DNA from: the human T2T-CHM13v2.0 reference genome, Homo sapiens
Strand: one strand, 5' to 3'
Length of the DNA stretch: 64,000 bases
Assembly (NCBI RefSeq): GCF_009914755.1
Contig: NC_060927.1
Shown here piece by piece: positions 25,684-40,174 of the stretch (the first letter of the stretch is position 1; every line of letters begins with the position of its first letter). A program made the position numbers and the translations under genes. The notes under the pieces are model-generated. The model ran no database searches, was not told where the DNA came from, and worked only from the letters and a program-made list of their open reading frames with translations.

Positions 25684-26442
25684 TTGAAGAGATTTATTCT
25701 GAGCCAAAGATGAGTGACCATGGCCCATGACACAGCCCTCAGGAGACCATGTGCCCCAGGTGGTCTGGGTGCAGCTCGGTTTTACACAGTTTAGGAAGGC
25801 ATGAGACTTCAATCAATTTTTACATTTAAGAAATACATTAGTTTGGTCCAGAAAGGTGGAACAACTCACAGCTGGAGGGTGGGGGGATGCTTCCAGCTTA
25901 TAGGTGGATTTTTACATTTTCTAGTTGACAAGTGGCAGAGTTTAAAGACCTGGGATCAACAGAAAGAAAAGTCTTGGTTAAGATAAAGGATTATGGAGAT
26001 CCAAGTTCTTATTTGCAAAGGAACCCTTGAGGTAAAAGACTTCAGAGAGAAAAGACTGTAAAATGTTTCTTGTTTCTTATCAGACTTATCAGACTTAAAG
26101 TCTGTGTTGCTGTTAATGCCAAAGAGGTATAATGAGGCATGTCCGACCCCCACTTCCAGCCATGGCCTGAAACAGTCTCTCAGGTTAAATTTTAAAAGAC
26201 CCCTGAATGAAGGAAGTCCATTCAGATGATTGGCCCGGGAAGGGGGGGTGGGGGAGAGTGGAAATGCAAATATATAACCTGAACTTTTAGTTCAATATAT
26301 AAATTCTACCACTTGTCAACCAGAAAATGTAAAAATCCACCTATAAGCTGGAAGCATCCCCCCACCCTCCAGCTGTGAGTTGTTCCACCTTTCTGGACCA
26401 AACCAATGTATTTCTTAAATGTAATTTTATTTTTGGTTTACA
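25684..26442 (-). mobile_element. MER4-group ERV1 LTR (partial) carrying an internal inverted templated insertion
   Basis: GAGATTTATTCTGAGCCAAA..ATGAGTGACCATGGCCCATGACACAGCCCTCAGGAG; ends TTTATTTTTGGTTTACA next to an antisense polypurine tract TTCTCCCCCTTCT. Confidence 0.8.
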
Positions 26443-27035
26443 TTCTCCCCCTTCTGGCCAAGATTTGCCAGAAGCAACATCAAGGGCCAGCAAATCTTTA
26501 TTTTGTCCCATAGAGTTGCCAGGATGGCTTGGCTACCTGCCCCATGACCACCCTGTCCCTTGATGGGACTCCCTATCACGGAGAGCATTAACAGTCAAAA
26601 GACTTATAGCCGATTAATTGTTCTAGGCCAAATAGAAATAGATGTGGACAGTCATCCATCACCTCTTAAAATCATTATTTTAAGTAAAAAGTCAACAAAC
26701 AAAACCAAAAGGCAAAGTTACAAGACTCATTTATTTTTAATTTCTATGTGTTGAGCTACTGTAAGCTTGGTTTTCATTACAGACTTAGCAATTAGCTATA
26801 TAAACATAAGCATTGTTCTGCAACTTATAACTAGGAGTATTATATCCAGGAGGCTTTGTCATGAGGTATCTTTATCCTGTCAGTAAATATTTTCTTTTTA
26901 TTGTATGGGCAGCAGAAAATTATTTATGGCTGGGGTGGATGCAGAAGTGACACATAACATCTTAGAAGACTTGTTTTACCAGCTGTTTCAGCATCTTTGT
27001 ATCCCTCCTTGGTTTGGAGGGGTCTTTTTAAATAA
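26443..27035 (-). mobile_element. MER4-group ERV internal sequence (3' part)
   Basis: Continuous with the LTR through the polypurine tract; non-coding. Confidence 0.65.
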
Positions 27036-27207
27036 GTCATTAATCTTTCTAAAATTTCATGTCTCGCTTTATACTGGTTCCAACTCTTCAATTTATAACA
27101 CAAACAAATTATCTCCCTTTCTAAAGTACAATTTTAAAAACTTCCTCCACCTTTGGTCCTAATTGATCTATCGTTGAATTTCTTTCCTCCATTTCTTGTC
27201 CAAACTT

Positions 27208-27483
27208 CTTTTTTTTATTTCGAGATGGAGTCTCGCTCTGTCGCCCAGGCTAGAGTCCTTTGTCATGATCTCATCTCACTGCAACCTCCGCCTCCCGGGT
27301 TCAAGTGATTCTCCTGCCTCAGCCTCCTGAGTAGCTGGGATTACAGGCGTGTGTCACCATGCCCAGCTAATATTTCTATTTTTAGTAGAGACAGAGTTTC
27401 ACCATGTTTGCCAGACTGGTCTTGAACTCCTGACCTCGTGATCCACCTGCCTCAGCCTCCCAAAGTGCTGGGATTACCAGCGT
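27208..27483 (-). mobile_element. Alu (AluS-like), slightly 5' truncated
   Basis: Antisense Alu; TSD CCAAACTTCTT. Confidence 0.95.
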
Positions 27484-28363
27484 TTCCCAAACTTCTTAAA
27501 AATGTAGCCAACACTCTCTTTACTTTCTCAGCTTTCATCCACTTCCCAACTATTGGAATCTGACTTCCACTACCTCCACTCTATTAAAAAAAAAAAATGC
27601 TATCCCTAAAAAAATCAACATCTTCCTAATGATAAACTTCAATAGATGTATTTCTGAGATTTTCTTACTGGAATATTGGAAAGATATTGATCTCTAGGGG
27701 ATACTTCTGGCTTATGGCCTAGGTGTTTATCTGGATCACAGAGTTTATGTCATGACAAGTCGTGGTAGATTCTGATCTCTTTTTCTCAGACATTAGATTT
27801 AGTTTGAATTCTCTCTCTCTTTCATTCAAAAAATTTTAATATTACTTGTAATTGTCTCCTGCTTAGAAAATGCCTTCATCTGGAGGAGCTGGAATGAGCC
27901 TTAGGAAGTCCTAGACCTTAAGCAGAACTCAAAGTTTTTCCTCCTTTACTTGGTTTGATTTTCCTTGGATGTACATTTCTTCATCATCTAAATAAAACAC
28001 AGAACAATGAGATTGGGTGTTCCAAGTAACATACCTATTCTAAGTAAAAGAGTCTTTAAGGTCTTTCTATGTGTCAACCAAATACCTAAATTACAGTTCT
28101 ACATTACAGTTTGAGGCCAATACTTCATCTGGAAATAAAATGTATTGTTTGGGTTTGGTGTGGCCTGGCTTTCTTTTCTTTTCTTTTTTTTCTTTTCTTC
28201 TTTTTCTTTTTTTTTTCTTTTTTTTTTTTTTTTGTACGTATTCTTCCAGAATTTCTTGGAGTTATTTTAACTGAGTGGAAGGCAATTTGCTCAGGATCCT
28301 TGGACCCAACCAATTAAGCCTTGCAAAATGATTAAGAACTTTCTGAAGTACTTGACTGCACTA

Positions 28364-28750
<387 letters not shown>

Positions 28751-28754
28751 AGTG

Positions 28755-29770
28755 TCCTTGTCCTTTTTATGACCTCTTTGTGCCTACCCTCTGTTTCCTT
28801 TGTGTAACTCTTATCTCTGTCTGCCCTTTAAATATTGATGTTAGGGGGATTCCTAGACTCTATCTCATCATCACAATTTTCCAGTCCCTGGGAAATTTCA
28901 CCCACTAGCATAGTTTCAAGTGAAACATAAATGTTCCCTATTCCCAAATGTATATTTTCTGCACATATATCTCCCATGAAATACAGACTCATCAAACTGC
29001 TTGCCTGCTAGACTATTACCCCGGTTTATCCTAAATGCAGCTTGAACTTAGCACACAAACACCTCAGTTTGAATTATCTTTGGACTGCCCTGCTCTAGCA
29101 CTAAATATTTTTAATTCATCCTCCTAAATATGCATTGATGCCATCGCATCCTCTTTCTCTGGCACTATGGCACTGTGTCAGAATACGTCAGAATCTGCAC
29201 TAGTGCTTCTGCTTCTTAACCACAATCCAGCCTCCATTCTTGTTTTGGTCTTGGTCTCCACAGTACTGCCAGAATGCTGCCCTGAAAGGCAAAGGTGATC
29301 ATATTTCTACCTTGCTCAAAAACCTTCAGTGAGTTTCTAAAATGTGTAAGAAAAATCCTTATTTCATTAACATGAATTGTAAGGCTCTTATTGTGCTTTC
29401 CTACCTCATCCTTTACCACAATCTTGCCTTGCACTTTACACTACAGAAATATTGGACTGTTATTTCCCTCATAGACACTGCTATTTCAAAGGCATCTTCT
29501 CTTGCTCTTGCTATCTTTTTTGTCCAGATGATCTTCTAGCTCTACTCCTAAACTGCACTTATTATATGCTTCCAATTACCCATGGCATCTCTCTATTTTT
29601 GAACAAGCCATACTGCCTTATAACTATACATTTATACTGTCTTCAGAGACAGTAGTCAGTATGGATCAATAATTTGTCTTTATTTATCTTCCTGTTTCCA
29701 TATCCCAACACAATCAATGATACACATTCAGCACTCAATGAATGTTTATAGTGAAAGGGAGGGAATGAAG
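28755..29770 (+). mobile_element. L2 LINE 3' region
   Basis: Pyrimidine-rich L2-like body (GATCATATTTCTACCTTGCTCAAAAACCTTCAGTG) ending CACTCAATGAATGTTT...GAATGAA. Confidence 0.65.
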
Positions 29771-32019
29771 GAAAAATGAAAAGAAGGAAAGGAAAGAGAA
29801 AGAAAGAAAAGAAGAAAATTCTAAGGAGTATCACCACCCAAAGAACCTATTAATAGTGGTGGGCCCAGAAACTGAGAAGGAAAGCTAGCTTGGATTATCA
29901 GAATTTCACAGGATCTCCTCAAACAACATAGCACATATGACCACGTGCCTTCTTCATACCTTCATTTGAAACAGTATTTGAAAAATCGTTGGCAAATTAT
30001 GGACTGGGTTGATGATACCACTACCAAGAACTATACTGTTTATTGCGTGTCCCCTTTTTCAGAGTCTTTCGGAGAAAGATGCTTGGGGAATTCTTGACTA
30101 ACAACAGAGCTAAGTACCATTAACTCTCAATTTTTCAAAAACCGATTACCTAGTGTGTGGATTTGCCAGACCTCTTGATTGTTCTGCTTCAGGCTATTTA
30201 ATTGCTCATTAGAGAGTCGAAGGGAGAAGGAGATGAGTCAACCACATCTGTCACTTGTTAGTGCCTACAGTAAAAATTTATTAGTAAAGAGGATGAAACC
30301 ATGCAATAAACATTAATTTCATTTTTATATTATACCCAATCTTCATTCTCACAGATAATGAAAAATGGACTCTATTCAGCCCACATTTTCCTAGGAACTA
30401 ATTTTGGAAATTCCCATGTTGCCATCACTCAGGATTTTTATGCATACAGGCATCCATATATAATGTACATGAGGCATTGCAATTGCCCCTAATAGAGGCC
30501 AATATATAAATTGCTTCATTGCTAACCAATGACACAACTGAGCATGTGCCCTCCAGTCAAGGGTCATGGTGCTGTAACCATAGTAATCAACATAATGCTT
30601 CCAACAATTCAACTAAAATTAAAGATAGAATTTTTTAGAAATACTGTCATAATACTATGTATATCTAACATAGTATATATCATATACTATGTATATTTAA
30701 CATAATACTAACATAATTCAGTAAAAGTCTGAATCCACAGCTGCAATTTTTGTTTCTCTTTCTTTCTTTACAAACTGCTATAAAGTTAGGTATTTCTAAC
30801 TCATATACCTTGACATTATTTATCTGGTCATCTATTAGATTTTTATTCTGTCTGGTGTTATCTATATAACACCAGACAGAAAACATTTATGGAAACATTT
30901 GTGGCTCCCATCTATCAGGTCAGTTCTAAGAAGAAACAAATTTTGTGTTGTAATTCTGAAACCTAAAGTGCACCAAGCATTAGAACAAGCCTTGTTGACT
31001 ATCCAATTTAACAGAGGCAATTAACTCTGCTTAAATGACCTTCCAAAATTAAACTATGCAATATGGCACATCTCAAAGGCCAATCTAAATTGCAAAGACT
31101 GTATCATTGTTTTTCACATTATCATGTTCATAATTTTCCCTCACTTCTTTTTGCTGTGGTTATTTTCTATGTCAGAAGCTGCTGTTCAAACCTTCACATA
31201 GTTAGAAGCCATCTAAGTTTGTGCTGGAACTTCATATTCTAGATTTCTCCAATTGTTCTAGTAGTTTTCTGCCTCATTTCACATCTGCTTGACAAATATG
31301 CTAATGAAGCTCTTTTCCCTTGGCCCCTGACAAACAAGGAAATAGCAGATTTATTACCTTTTTCTTTTTGGTAACTAATAAGTACAAATGCTATAAATTT
31401 CTCAACAGGTAGCAAGTTGTTTAGAGCTTTGTTTTCTTAGTTGCTACCTTTTCATAAAATATGAACACAGGAATTTGAGTTCAAAGTAGGAAATAACATG
31501 TATTTGCTCTATTTAACTAGGAATAATTATTTTTTCCAGAGAAAACACTACAAATAATGTGCACCTTCTCAAAAAATACACAACAATTTATAATGTACAC
31601 AATGCTCAATGGTTTTTATTATTAAAGCACCATCACTATTTGGGCCATTTTACTAACATGACCTGAATAGTAGATCATTTGTGCAGCACCTTGAAGACCT
31701 TCTGAAGAATTCGTGTGTCTAAAAGATCAGAAATTATTTCATAGTACAATAATATTTAATATTCGTTGAGGGAGAAAGAAAATGTTATCACTATTAATTA
31801 TCCAAGGGGTTTTTCATATCCATATTTGTCAGTCAATAGGATGGCAATACCAAAAGCCTAAAGGTGCAGAAAAACTTTACTATATTAACATAGCCAAATT
31901 CTACACATTTAATAAAATTAAGGTGGAATCCTGAAATTTTCATCCATGGCACAAAATATCCCTCTAAGGTGTTTACTAATTGTTAAATCATGATTTTGGA
32001 CTTTTTATTCTGACTTCCT

Positions 32020-32735
32020 TTCATTTTTAAGTTTTTAATGAGGTATAATAAACATACAGAAAATGGCACAGATCAAAGCTTTATAATTTGAAACCATTTC
32101 ACCAAATTGAATACACCTGAAAAACCACCACTCAGAGAAACAGAACATTGGCAATCTCTAAAAGCCCTGCTCATGCCCCTCTTCCTATCACTATTCTCTC
32201 TCAATCCTTAAGGGTAACCACTCTTCTGATTTCTAACACCACATATTAGTTTTGTCAGTGTTTGAAATTAATATAAATAGAATCATACAATGTGTGCTGT
32301 TTCAGGTCTTTATTATTTCATTCAACATTATTATTGTTGTGTATGTCAGATTCATTCCTGGTGTGGCACGTAGTTGCATTTCATTCATTTTCATTGCTAT
32401 ATAAGCATTTCACTGTATTTATATACAGTAATTATGCATTCTACTGTTGAGGACGTTTGGTGTTATTTCCAATTTGGAATAATTACAAATAGGTCTGCTA
32501 CAAACATTTGTGTGTATATATATTGATGAATATATTCATTTCTATGTGTCATATACCTAAGAGTGCCATAACTAGGTCATAAGGTATGCATATAATCAGC
32601 TTTAGAGATACTGACAAACAGGTTTCCAAAATATTTATAGCTATTTACACTCCTATCAACAGTGGGTGAGTGTCCCAGTTGTTCCCATATCCTCAACAAC
32701 ACTTGGCATTTTCTGTCTTTTCCATTTTAGCTTTA
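32020..32735 (-). mobile_element. L1ME-type 3' region
   Basis: GGTAACCACTCTTCTGATTTCTAACACCA...AATAGAATCATACAATGTGTG...CATATCCTCAACAACACTTGG. Confidence 0.8.
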
Positions 32736-33111
32736 TTGACTTTTAAGTTCTTGCTAAAATCTTGGTAGAAACAGTGAAGTGAAAAAAAATAAATAAATAT
32801 CACTACCACACAAATATTTAGCATCACAAAAAATAAAATGGAAGTAGAAATTGAAAGTCAATGACTTTTCAACAACAGCAAACTTGCAAAGTATCTTTCC
32901 TGTGATACTAAAAGATGCATTCATAATTCATAAAGGGTTATCAAATTCTGTCTTTTAGAGCAACTGTACACATATATTCCTCCATATAACATGATACATT
33001 GTATGAGTTCATGAAGAGTATAAATATAAAACCAAAGAAACTAAAACACTACAGATTTTCTCCAAATTTCTTTCCAAATCACATACTTGAAGCAGTATAA
33101 AAATTCCCATT

Positions 33112-33440
33112 TCTTCATTCATTTATGTAATTTTGCTCTTGCCAAAAACTCTGCTGGATGTTAGAGATACACAATCAAATAAGTTATGACCCCCACTCTT
33201 AACCACTTAAAACTAGTGGCAAGTACAACAAGTAACAATAATAGTAAAGAATGAAACACATGATAGAGAAGTACACAGGGTATTGTTGGAGCACAGAGAT
33301 ATTACTGTGGGTGGGAGCGGAGTCATGCCAAGAAAATGGCACACTGGGGATAAAATTCAAGCTGATTTGTGAAGGAATATTAGAATTAGCTCAAACAGGG
33401 ATTTGTGAGAGGGGCTTCTAGGCATGGGAATAGAATGTTC
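33112..33440 (-). mobile_element. L2 3' fragment
   Basis: TTCATTCATT start, CTCTGCTGGATGTTAGAGATACA. Confidence 0.5.
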
Positions 33441-36119
33441 AATACCACCAATCTGATACTGAACTCACTTTACTACATTACCTCCAGGGCAGGAAATGCC
33501 AAGATAGTCAAGTCCAAAATTATTTCTTGCAATGAATCAGTGATCCCCTGAAGCTTTCATCCACCTGTCCTGCTTCTACACTTTGATGCAATAGGAGACA
33601 AGTCTAGCTACTTTTTTGTGACTTCACATCCTTTCTCCATAAAATAAAACATCCTAATTTCCAAATGTACTAAAAGGAATAAATGCATAATAAAGATAAA
33701 AGAATATTGTCCTAAGTAAAGATAATAATAAAAATCCATATGACAAAGACATTCTAGACAATATATTCTGAGAAAAATGGCATCAATGTGCTCTGTTTTC
33801 TCTTTTCAGAACATTTCTGGCACTTAGGAAAGGAAGAAATAACTGAGGGGGAAAATCACAATCTAATAAAAGCATAATGACCTCTCCAGGAAGAGGAATA
33901 TGGTTCCAAGTCATTAAAGACAAAATACGCATTACACAAAAGCACAATAATTTAATTGAAAAAAATTGCTCCATTCATCTGCTTTCCTGTAATTATTAAT
34001 ATAATGTATTTTTTAAATAAAGATGTCAAATTACTTTTGCAGTAGTTTCCAAAAGGTAAACTAAAGCTACAGTTCTAGCCAAAAGAGTTGTATTGAATTT
34101 TTCCATGCATATTAACTTTCTATAGATGTGGCAAGGTCAGAGTTTTTCTTCTGAAAGAGAGAATAGACACAAGAGATTTTTGTGTTTCATTCTATTTACT
34201 GACATTGAAATTATTTGATGGGGAGATGTTTATTGGAAGACACACAGACATAGCACAATTCATGTTTAGGGAGATGGATTTCTTGCAATTGTAAAAGTCA
34301 ATGGCATTTCACAAATGCTCTCAGCACTCTTTATTGACATTCTGGATAGATATTTTTACTAATGAAATGAGTCAGAATTTCATGAAGCATTGATGACATA
34401 GATAAATGCCAACTTATTTCAAACATCCCCCAATGTCATGATGCTTTCAGAACTGATTTCTGTTGCACATTTTGGAATTATCTTACTTTGCATGTTTATA
34501 ACTTTTTCCTTCACAATGTAGATTTACATAAGTTGAGCAACAGGTAAAAAATCACCTTCTTTAAGAGTTTTGGAAAATTGGTAGGATTTAATCACAAATT
34601 AAATAAATATACTTCTAAATTTCATAAATGGGAAATATGACACTGAACCATGAGAAATTCAGAATGTAAAGAATTGCCCTTTATCTCACACATAGTTATG
34701 GGGGAAAAGATTCTGTATAATATTGTAACAATATCATATTTTCCACAACTTGGGAGATGAAATACAAATTTTAATTAAGGAAAACATATAGAAAGGTAGG
34801 TTACCTCCTTGAGTTGCGGAAACTTCTTAAGAGACAGAACATCTAATAAAATGAGACACGGTATTCACAATCAATAGAGAATATAAAATAATCTCCCTTT
34901 CTTTTATCATAATTTTAAAATATTTTTTGGACTGAAATATCTACTTAATGCTTATTCTGTCCAACATTTAGCTACATGATAAAGAAACAACAACCAAAAT
35001 CTTAATATGCCCTAAAAATTTTTATTTTTACTATAAAGTTTGGTTTGTGGAAGGTCATTACACAACTATGATATCCATGCATCAAAAATGAAAATTTACA
35101 AAAATAAGTTGTCAAGCATACATTGAAGTTTTATCCCATTGAAGAAAATTATTCTCACTTGTACTAGAAAAATAAATGCACATAACAATATTTATTTCTA
35201 TATGTATTATTGCTCACCCCTTTCGTACCCTTTTAATTTTTGTAAAAGATTTGGGATTCTTTGAAATAAAAGCATATAAATAAACCCAAAACTATTAACT
35301 CATGATAAAAAACTTTAAAACGACTGTAGCAGGAGAGCTAAAAAGAAAAATTATATAAAGTCTTGACTGCAGAAAAATATAGCAAGTGATTTCAAACCTT
35401 AGCTCTAAGTTTCTAGCAATCTAGGTCAAAGGACAATACAATGAATTTCATATCTCTTATCATCAAGCAGACCATGAACTCATTGGTAGAGTTCTGAGCT
35501 CTTGGAGAAATTTTTCATAGGGATTTTTACAAGGACTTTTAACAAAGTAATGAATGAAGACCTTGACAGCAGGGTTTTTTAATGCAACAGAAAAGTTTCC
35601 TATTTTATCAGACCATCTATGAAAACTGATAATACAATATTTAAAGAGTTCACTAATAAAAATTATAAAGTGAGACAGAGGAATATAGCCAAGCTATGTA
35701 ACTTTTTGGTCTTCAAGCTCACATTAAAATAAAGAATAAGATGATAAGTTTTTAAATTACAAGTGTTTTTTAATTATTTCTGCTGGAAATAATTTTATGC
35801 CACAAGCATGTAATAGTAATAACATTTTGCCCCACAATATTAAAGTAAAGTGGACCATTCAGGAGGCATGTCATGTTCCTCCTATGTTGTAATGAAACCT
35901 CTGGAGAAATATAGCAAGTCTTAGACTAAGAAATACAGAACCAGAAACATAAGCAGAGAAACAAACATGCACCAGAATAAGAAACGAAGACTTATCTACT
36001 CTTGTGGAAAAGCCTCTCTGTCAGCAAGAGTTTTGACAAAAGTTCCACAGAAAGGTATCTGCTAGAGAAGTAGGATTGCCCAGTATTTACAGTCTAGTCT
36101 CTGGACTATTACCATGTTA

Positions 36120-36340
36120 TTTACTAGACTGCCTGAGTTCAAGGCCCAAGCATATCACTTTCAGGCTGGAAACAGTGGACGGTTATTTAACATCTCCAGC
36201 AGTCCTGTGACTCTTCAAAATAAGGTTGATGAGGATAATAACAATATTTATCTTACTGCATAAAGTAACCATGGGAAAATCAACCACGTGAGTTGTTTAA
36301 CACAATACCAAATATCTGGTAGGTATTATCTCAATGTTAC
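36120..36340 (+). mobile_element. MIR remnant
   Basis: AGACTGCCTGAGTTCAA ... GAGGATAATAACAATA. Confidence 0.5.
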
Positions 36341-39300
36341 AGACACCCAGTGTTTTTTACTGATAAAAATGAATGTATTCTATATATCAGGCATATACAT
36401 GAGACAGCATTTTGTTTCAAAAGTTGAAAAGCCAGCCTTCTGTTTTGTCTTAAAGGTGAGTCATCAAAATGCATTATATTTTATTGGAAGATTGTTTCAC
36501 AAAATACATTGAACCCAGGAAAAGAAGAGGAGTTTATATCTAGAATCCAATTTTAATCACAGATTTTTCAGCTGGGCTCAGGTTTTATAAAATTAGATTT
36601 ATTTGTGATCATTAGCTCAAGCATTCACTTCATAGTAAAAAAAAAACTAATTTACAAAGATTTGCATCATCTGAAATTTTATTAGACCCAAACGTTCAGC
36701 TTCGGGATACTTTAGCAATGATTTTTAATGTTTTGTAAAGCTCTATAAACTTACTACATAAAACAGAACTTCAGTAGTCACTTTGCTTTAAAGTGAAAAC
36801 ATATACGTACTTACAACAACAATAACAAAAGTAAATTACTAACTTTTCTTTTGAGACTGAGTTTGAGGTCTCACTTTCCTGGCCATAATGCAAAGCTAAA
36901 ATGGGTTCCCATTCATAAACTGAAGAATTCAGAGTCCAGTATGACCTTCACTAGAAATTCTCTTCCATAAGAAAATGTCTATTATTCTACTTGACATGCC
37001 ATAATATCTTTTTAAATACCCTGACCTTTTTTTGCTTTGCTTTCTCTGTTTTGCATGACTTAATCATAGACCCCTGAGACATGGTTACTCTTTGTCTTGT
37101 ACTTGATCTTAGAGAGGGAAGTTGGAGCAAATGTTCTGATATCAATGTCACTGAAAAAATTTTCTTCAGTAATTAAATGATTCACTGTTTCAACTATTTA
37201 TTTCTACAAATATTTATTAAATAGTTACTATCTAATTTTTCTTACCCCAAAAGAGGAAAAAGAAAAGGAAGGCCCATTTAACAGACCAAAAAAATTATAA
37301 ACACCATTATTTATTGACTACTTCTTCTAAGCCAAATACCTAAAAGGTAGGTAGACTTATTTTTACTACTCTACAGATTAAAACTGATGTTCATAACTGA
37401 TGTTCACCAAGTCACAAGGCTGAAGTGATCCGCTCAGAGCTGTCCAATCTCAATGTCTATGTTCTGAACAACTCCTCCTCTCATGATGTCAATTTTTTTT
37501 TAAAAGGAGGGCCAGAACATAAATACACAAGAAAATGAAACATGGCTAGGACTTTCTAAGAGCAAAACTTAATATTCAGAAACCTGAAGCATGTTTTAAG
37601 TTAAAATAAAAAGCCTAGAATATATTCTATTCCTAAGTAGGCTCATTCTCATTCAATCTGATACTATACCAAAATTTTCAAATCATACTTTAAAATTCTT
37701 TTCCAATTCCCAGCCCATTCTTACTCTGAATCTCCCATTCTTATCAAGAGCATATACTTGCTTCTTTGTATGGATTAAATTTGCCAAGATATTTTGATTC
37801 TGAGATTTCATGGTTAAAAAGGAAAATGTACCAGAATAAGATCATGATTCTGTTTCTTCATGTGCCCTCAGTCTCTGGCCACAGAAAAAAAGGTATATTT
37901 TGGTCCAAAAGACAAAATACTAGGTTTCTACAGCTGAAATTCTTTTCAGTTTACATTTTCTTCCTGGAAGTTTGTAGTATACCTTTGCATACATTTGAAT
38001 TTTTCATCTCAGTTTAGAAGCAAGTGATTTAGCATATCTGCCTTATTGAGGGTTTATATTTTAATTAAAACTTTGTCATCTGGTTCTTTCTTGGCTGCTT
38101 TTGAAATTGCATCCGCTGATTGAGAATAACAAAATTCTCAGTCACTTCCTTCCTACCTCAATGCCTGACTAACCTCAGGACTCAGGCCCAGAGAAAGAGA
38201 AAATGCTCTTGGAAATCATGGAGAAGGCCACAGTGGTTTATTCCTGAGCTCTTTGTCATTCTGATTCTATTGTGGCTCACTGAATGGTGTACATTTACCC
38301 AAAAAAAGTCTGTAGGTTTTAACCATGGCCATTCTTCATCTTGCAGTAATGTGAAAACAACTCTAAGTAATGATACCTGAAATAAAGCATTATTAAAGGA
38401 AAAATGAGATCACTTGAAAGGAAAGAGCACAATTAAACAGAACATTTTCTAAAACCGTGCACAATTTTAAATGTAAATGCTGACACTTACAGATATTTAT
38501 CTGTTCCATACGTACTCTCTCCATCTGAAATATATTTTCCGAACGGTATACCTTGAATTGGTATGAAAGTTCCTGTTTATCCATTATTAAGCAATACAGC
38601 ATCTGGGAAGCCCAGACCACAAGCATGTATGTGTTTATTTTTCAAGGGCAACATTGCCATCTACAGGATATGAAATGACAAAATTTCACCACTCCCTTAA
38701 ACATGTTTGCAGTCAAAACTAGAAATCGCTGAGATTGAAATATGTGTCCAAATTCAGTCCTATTTGATTATCCTGCCAGACACCATATTTCACAAATTAT
38801 CTCATCTCACAGCTAACTAAAAAAAATAAAAAGAAAAGAATGCATTAAGCTGACTGCCAAATGTCACAGCTTCTTTGTCTTTGAAAATTGCATTAGGGGT
38901 TTACTCAAAGGCTTTTCACCATGATAAATGTTAAGGAGCTGAAAGAAAAGCTATCAGAATGAGGTGGTTAGGTTTTTAGTTGGTTATAACTAACACCAAA
39001 TTCTCTGGAAGTTAGCTGAATATGTGTTACCTAAACTTCCTCATAGAATTCAAATAACGCAACAGCTTTTCCTTCATAGATTTCAAGTAACAAATAGAGC
39101 TAATCGTTTTCCCCTAGTACAAGGAGGCAACTGATATCTGTTGCTTAAAGAATCTGATCATTTAATCAGACTTCCCAACATTCAGATGGCATGACAAAGG
39201 GGAGGCTCTCAGACTGTTTTGTGAGGGAAGAAACAGAGGCACAGTTAGGTGCTGACCTTGAAAAGCTTAGCTCATTGTCAGGCTGTCCTATTTTAGCAAA

Positions 39301-40174
39301 AGTGAGAGACAGGAAAAGGGAGACAACATAACTCATTTTCTCCGTTTTGACACACAGGCTAAAATATGAGCCAGGAAAAGATATAGAATATACAAATGGT
39401 ATTAAGAAGCTATTTTTGACTGCTCAGTCTGACCTCAGTTGAGTTGAAATTGGAATTACAATATTTATTAGAAAAAGCTTGCGTTTCAGGAAAAGCTATT
39501 ACAATTTTCTAGTACATTTCTAATCTCCTTTCCTGGAGATATTTAATATTAGGATGTATAATTAGCTCACTCTAAGTCCTTAATTGTGGCTCGCCTAGAA
39601 AGTAAGTGATGGACGTGCTGGCAGCATATGACCCTACTGTCTTGTGATTTTTTTTTAATCAACTCCCACAGAAAAGATGGGAATAATGTAAATTAAAGCC
39701 ATCTCAATCATATAGTGGTGTGTAAAAATCAAGTTTACTTTATTATCACACTGCTAACTAGAAAGTATTCTATGAAAAAATGGGGTTTGAGCACCAAAGA
39801 AAAACCCTCATTAAAACAAGAAAACAGTTTGAAAGAACTCAGTATTGGGGTTTCGTTTCCGATGTGTGCTTTACAGCTTTTCATCATATATCCAGCCTGT
39901 TGTCTGTGTATATGAACCAAGTTTGAATCAAAAGATTCCCTCCAAAAAAAAAAAAAACCTAGCCATAAAAACAAGCTTAATTTATCTGTAGTCCAGCTAA
40001 ATGCAGTCACCAAACTAGAAATGTTTACATGGACTAAACAAGTAGCTTTTTATCCGAAGGAAATTAAATAAAATAAGGGGCCACCCTTTGTCTAAAACCA
40101 GTATGGTTACTTCCATTGAAAAGTAGTTTATATCATATCATCCATTGCTAAAAATAAGATAGAGGGCACCCTCT

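Noticed and set aside
28170-28250. Long T-rich tract followed by TTCCAG
   Set aside because: Low-complexity tract with no retroposed body or TSD and no matching donor
37019-37150. Minus-strand open frame between TTTTTTCAG and AGG|GTATTT
   Set aside because: Weak splice sites and unrecognised peptide; compatible with chance
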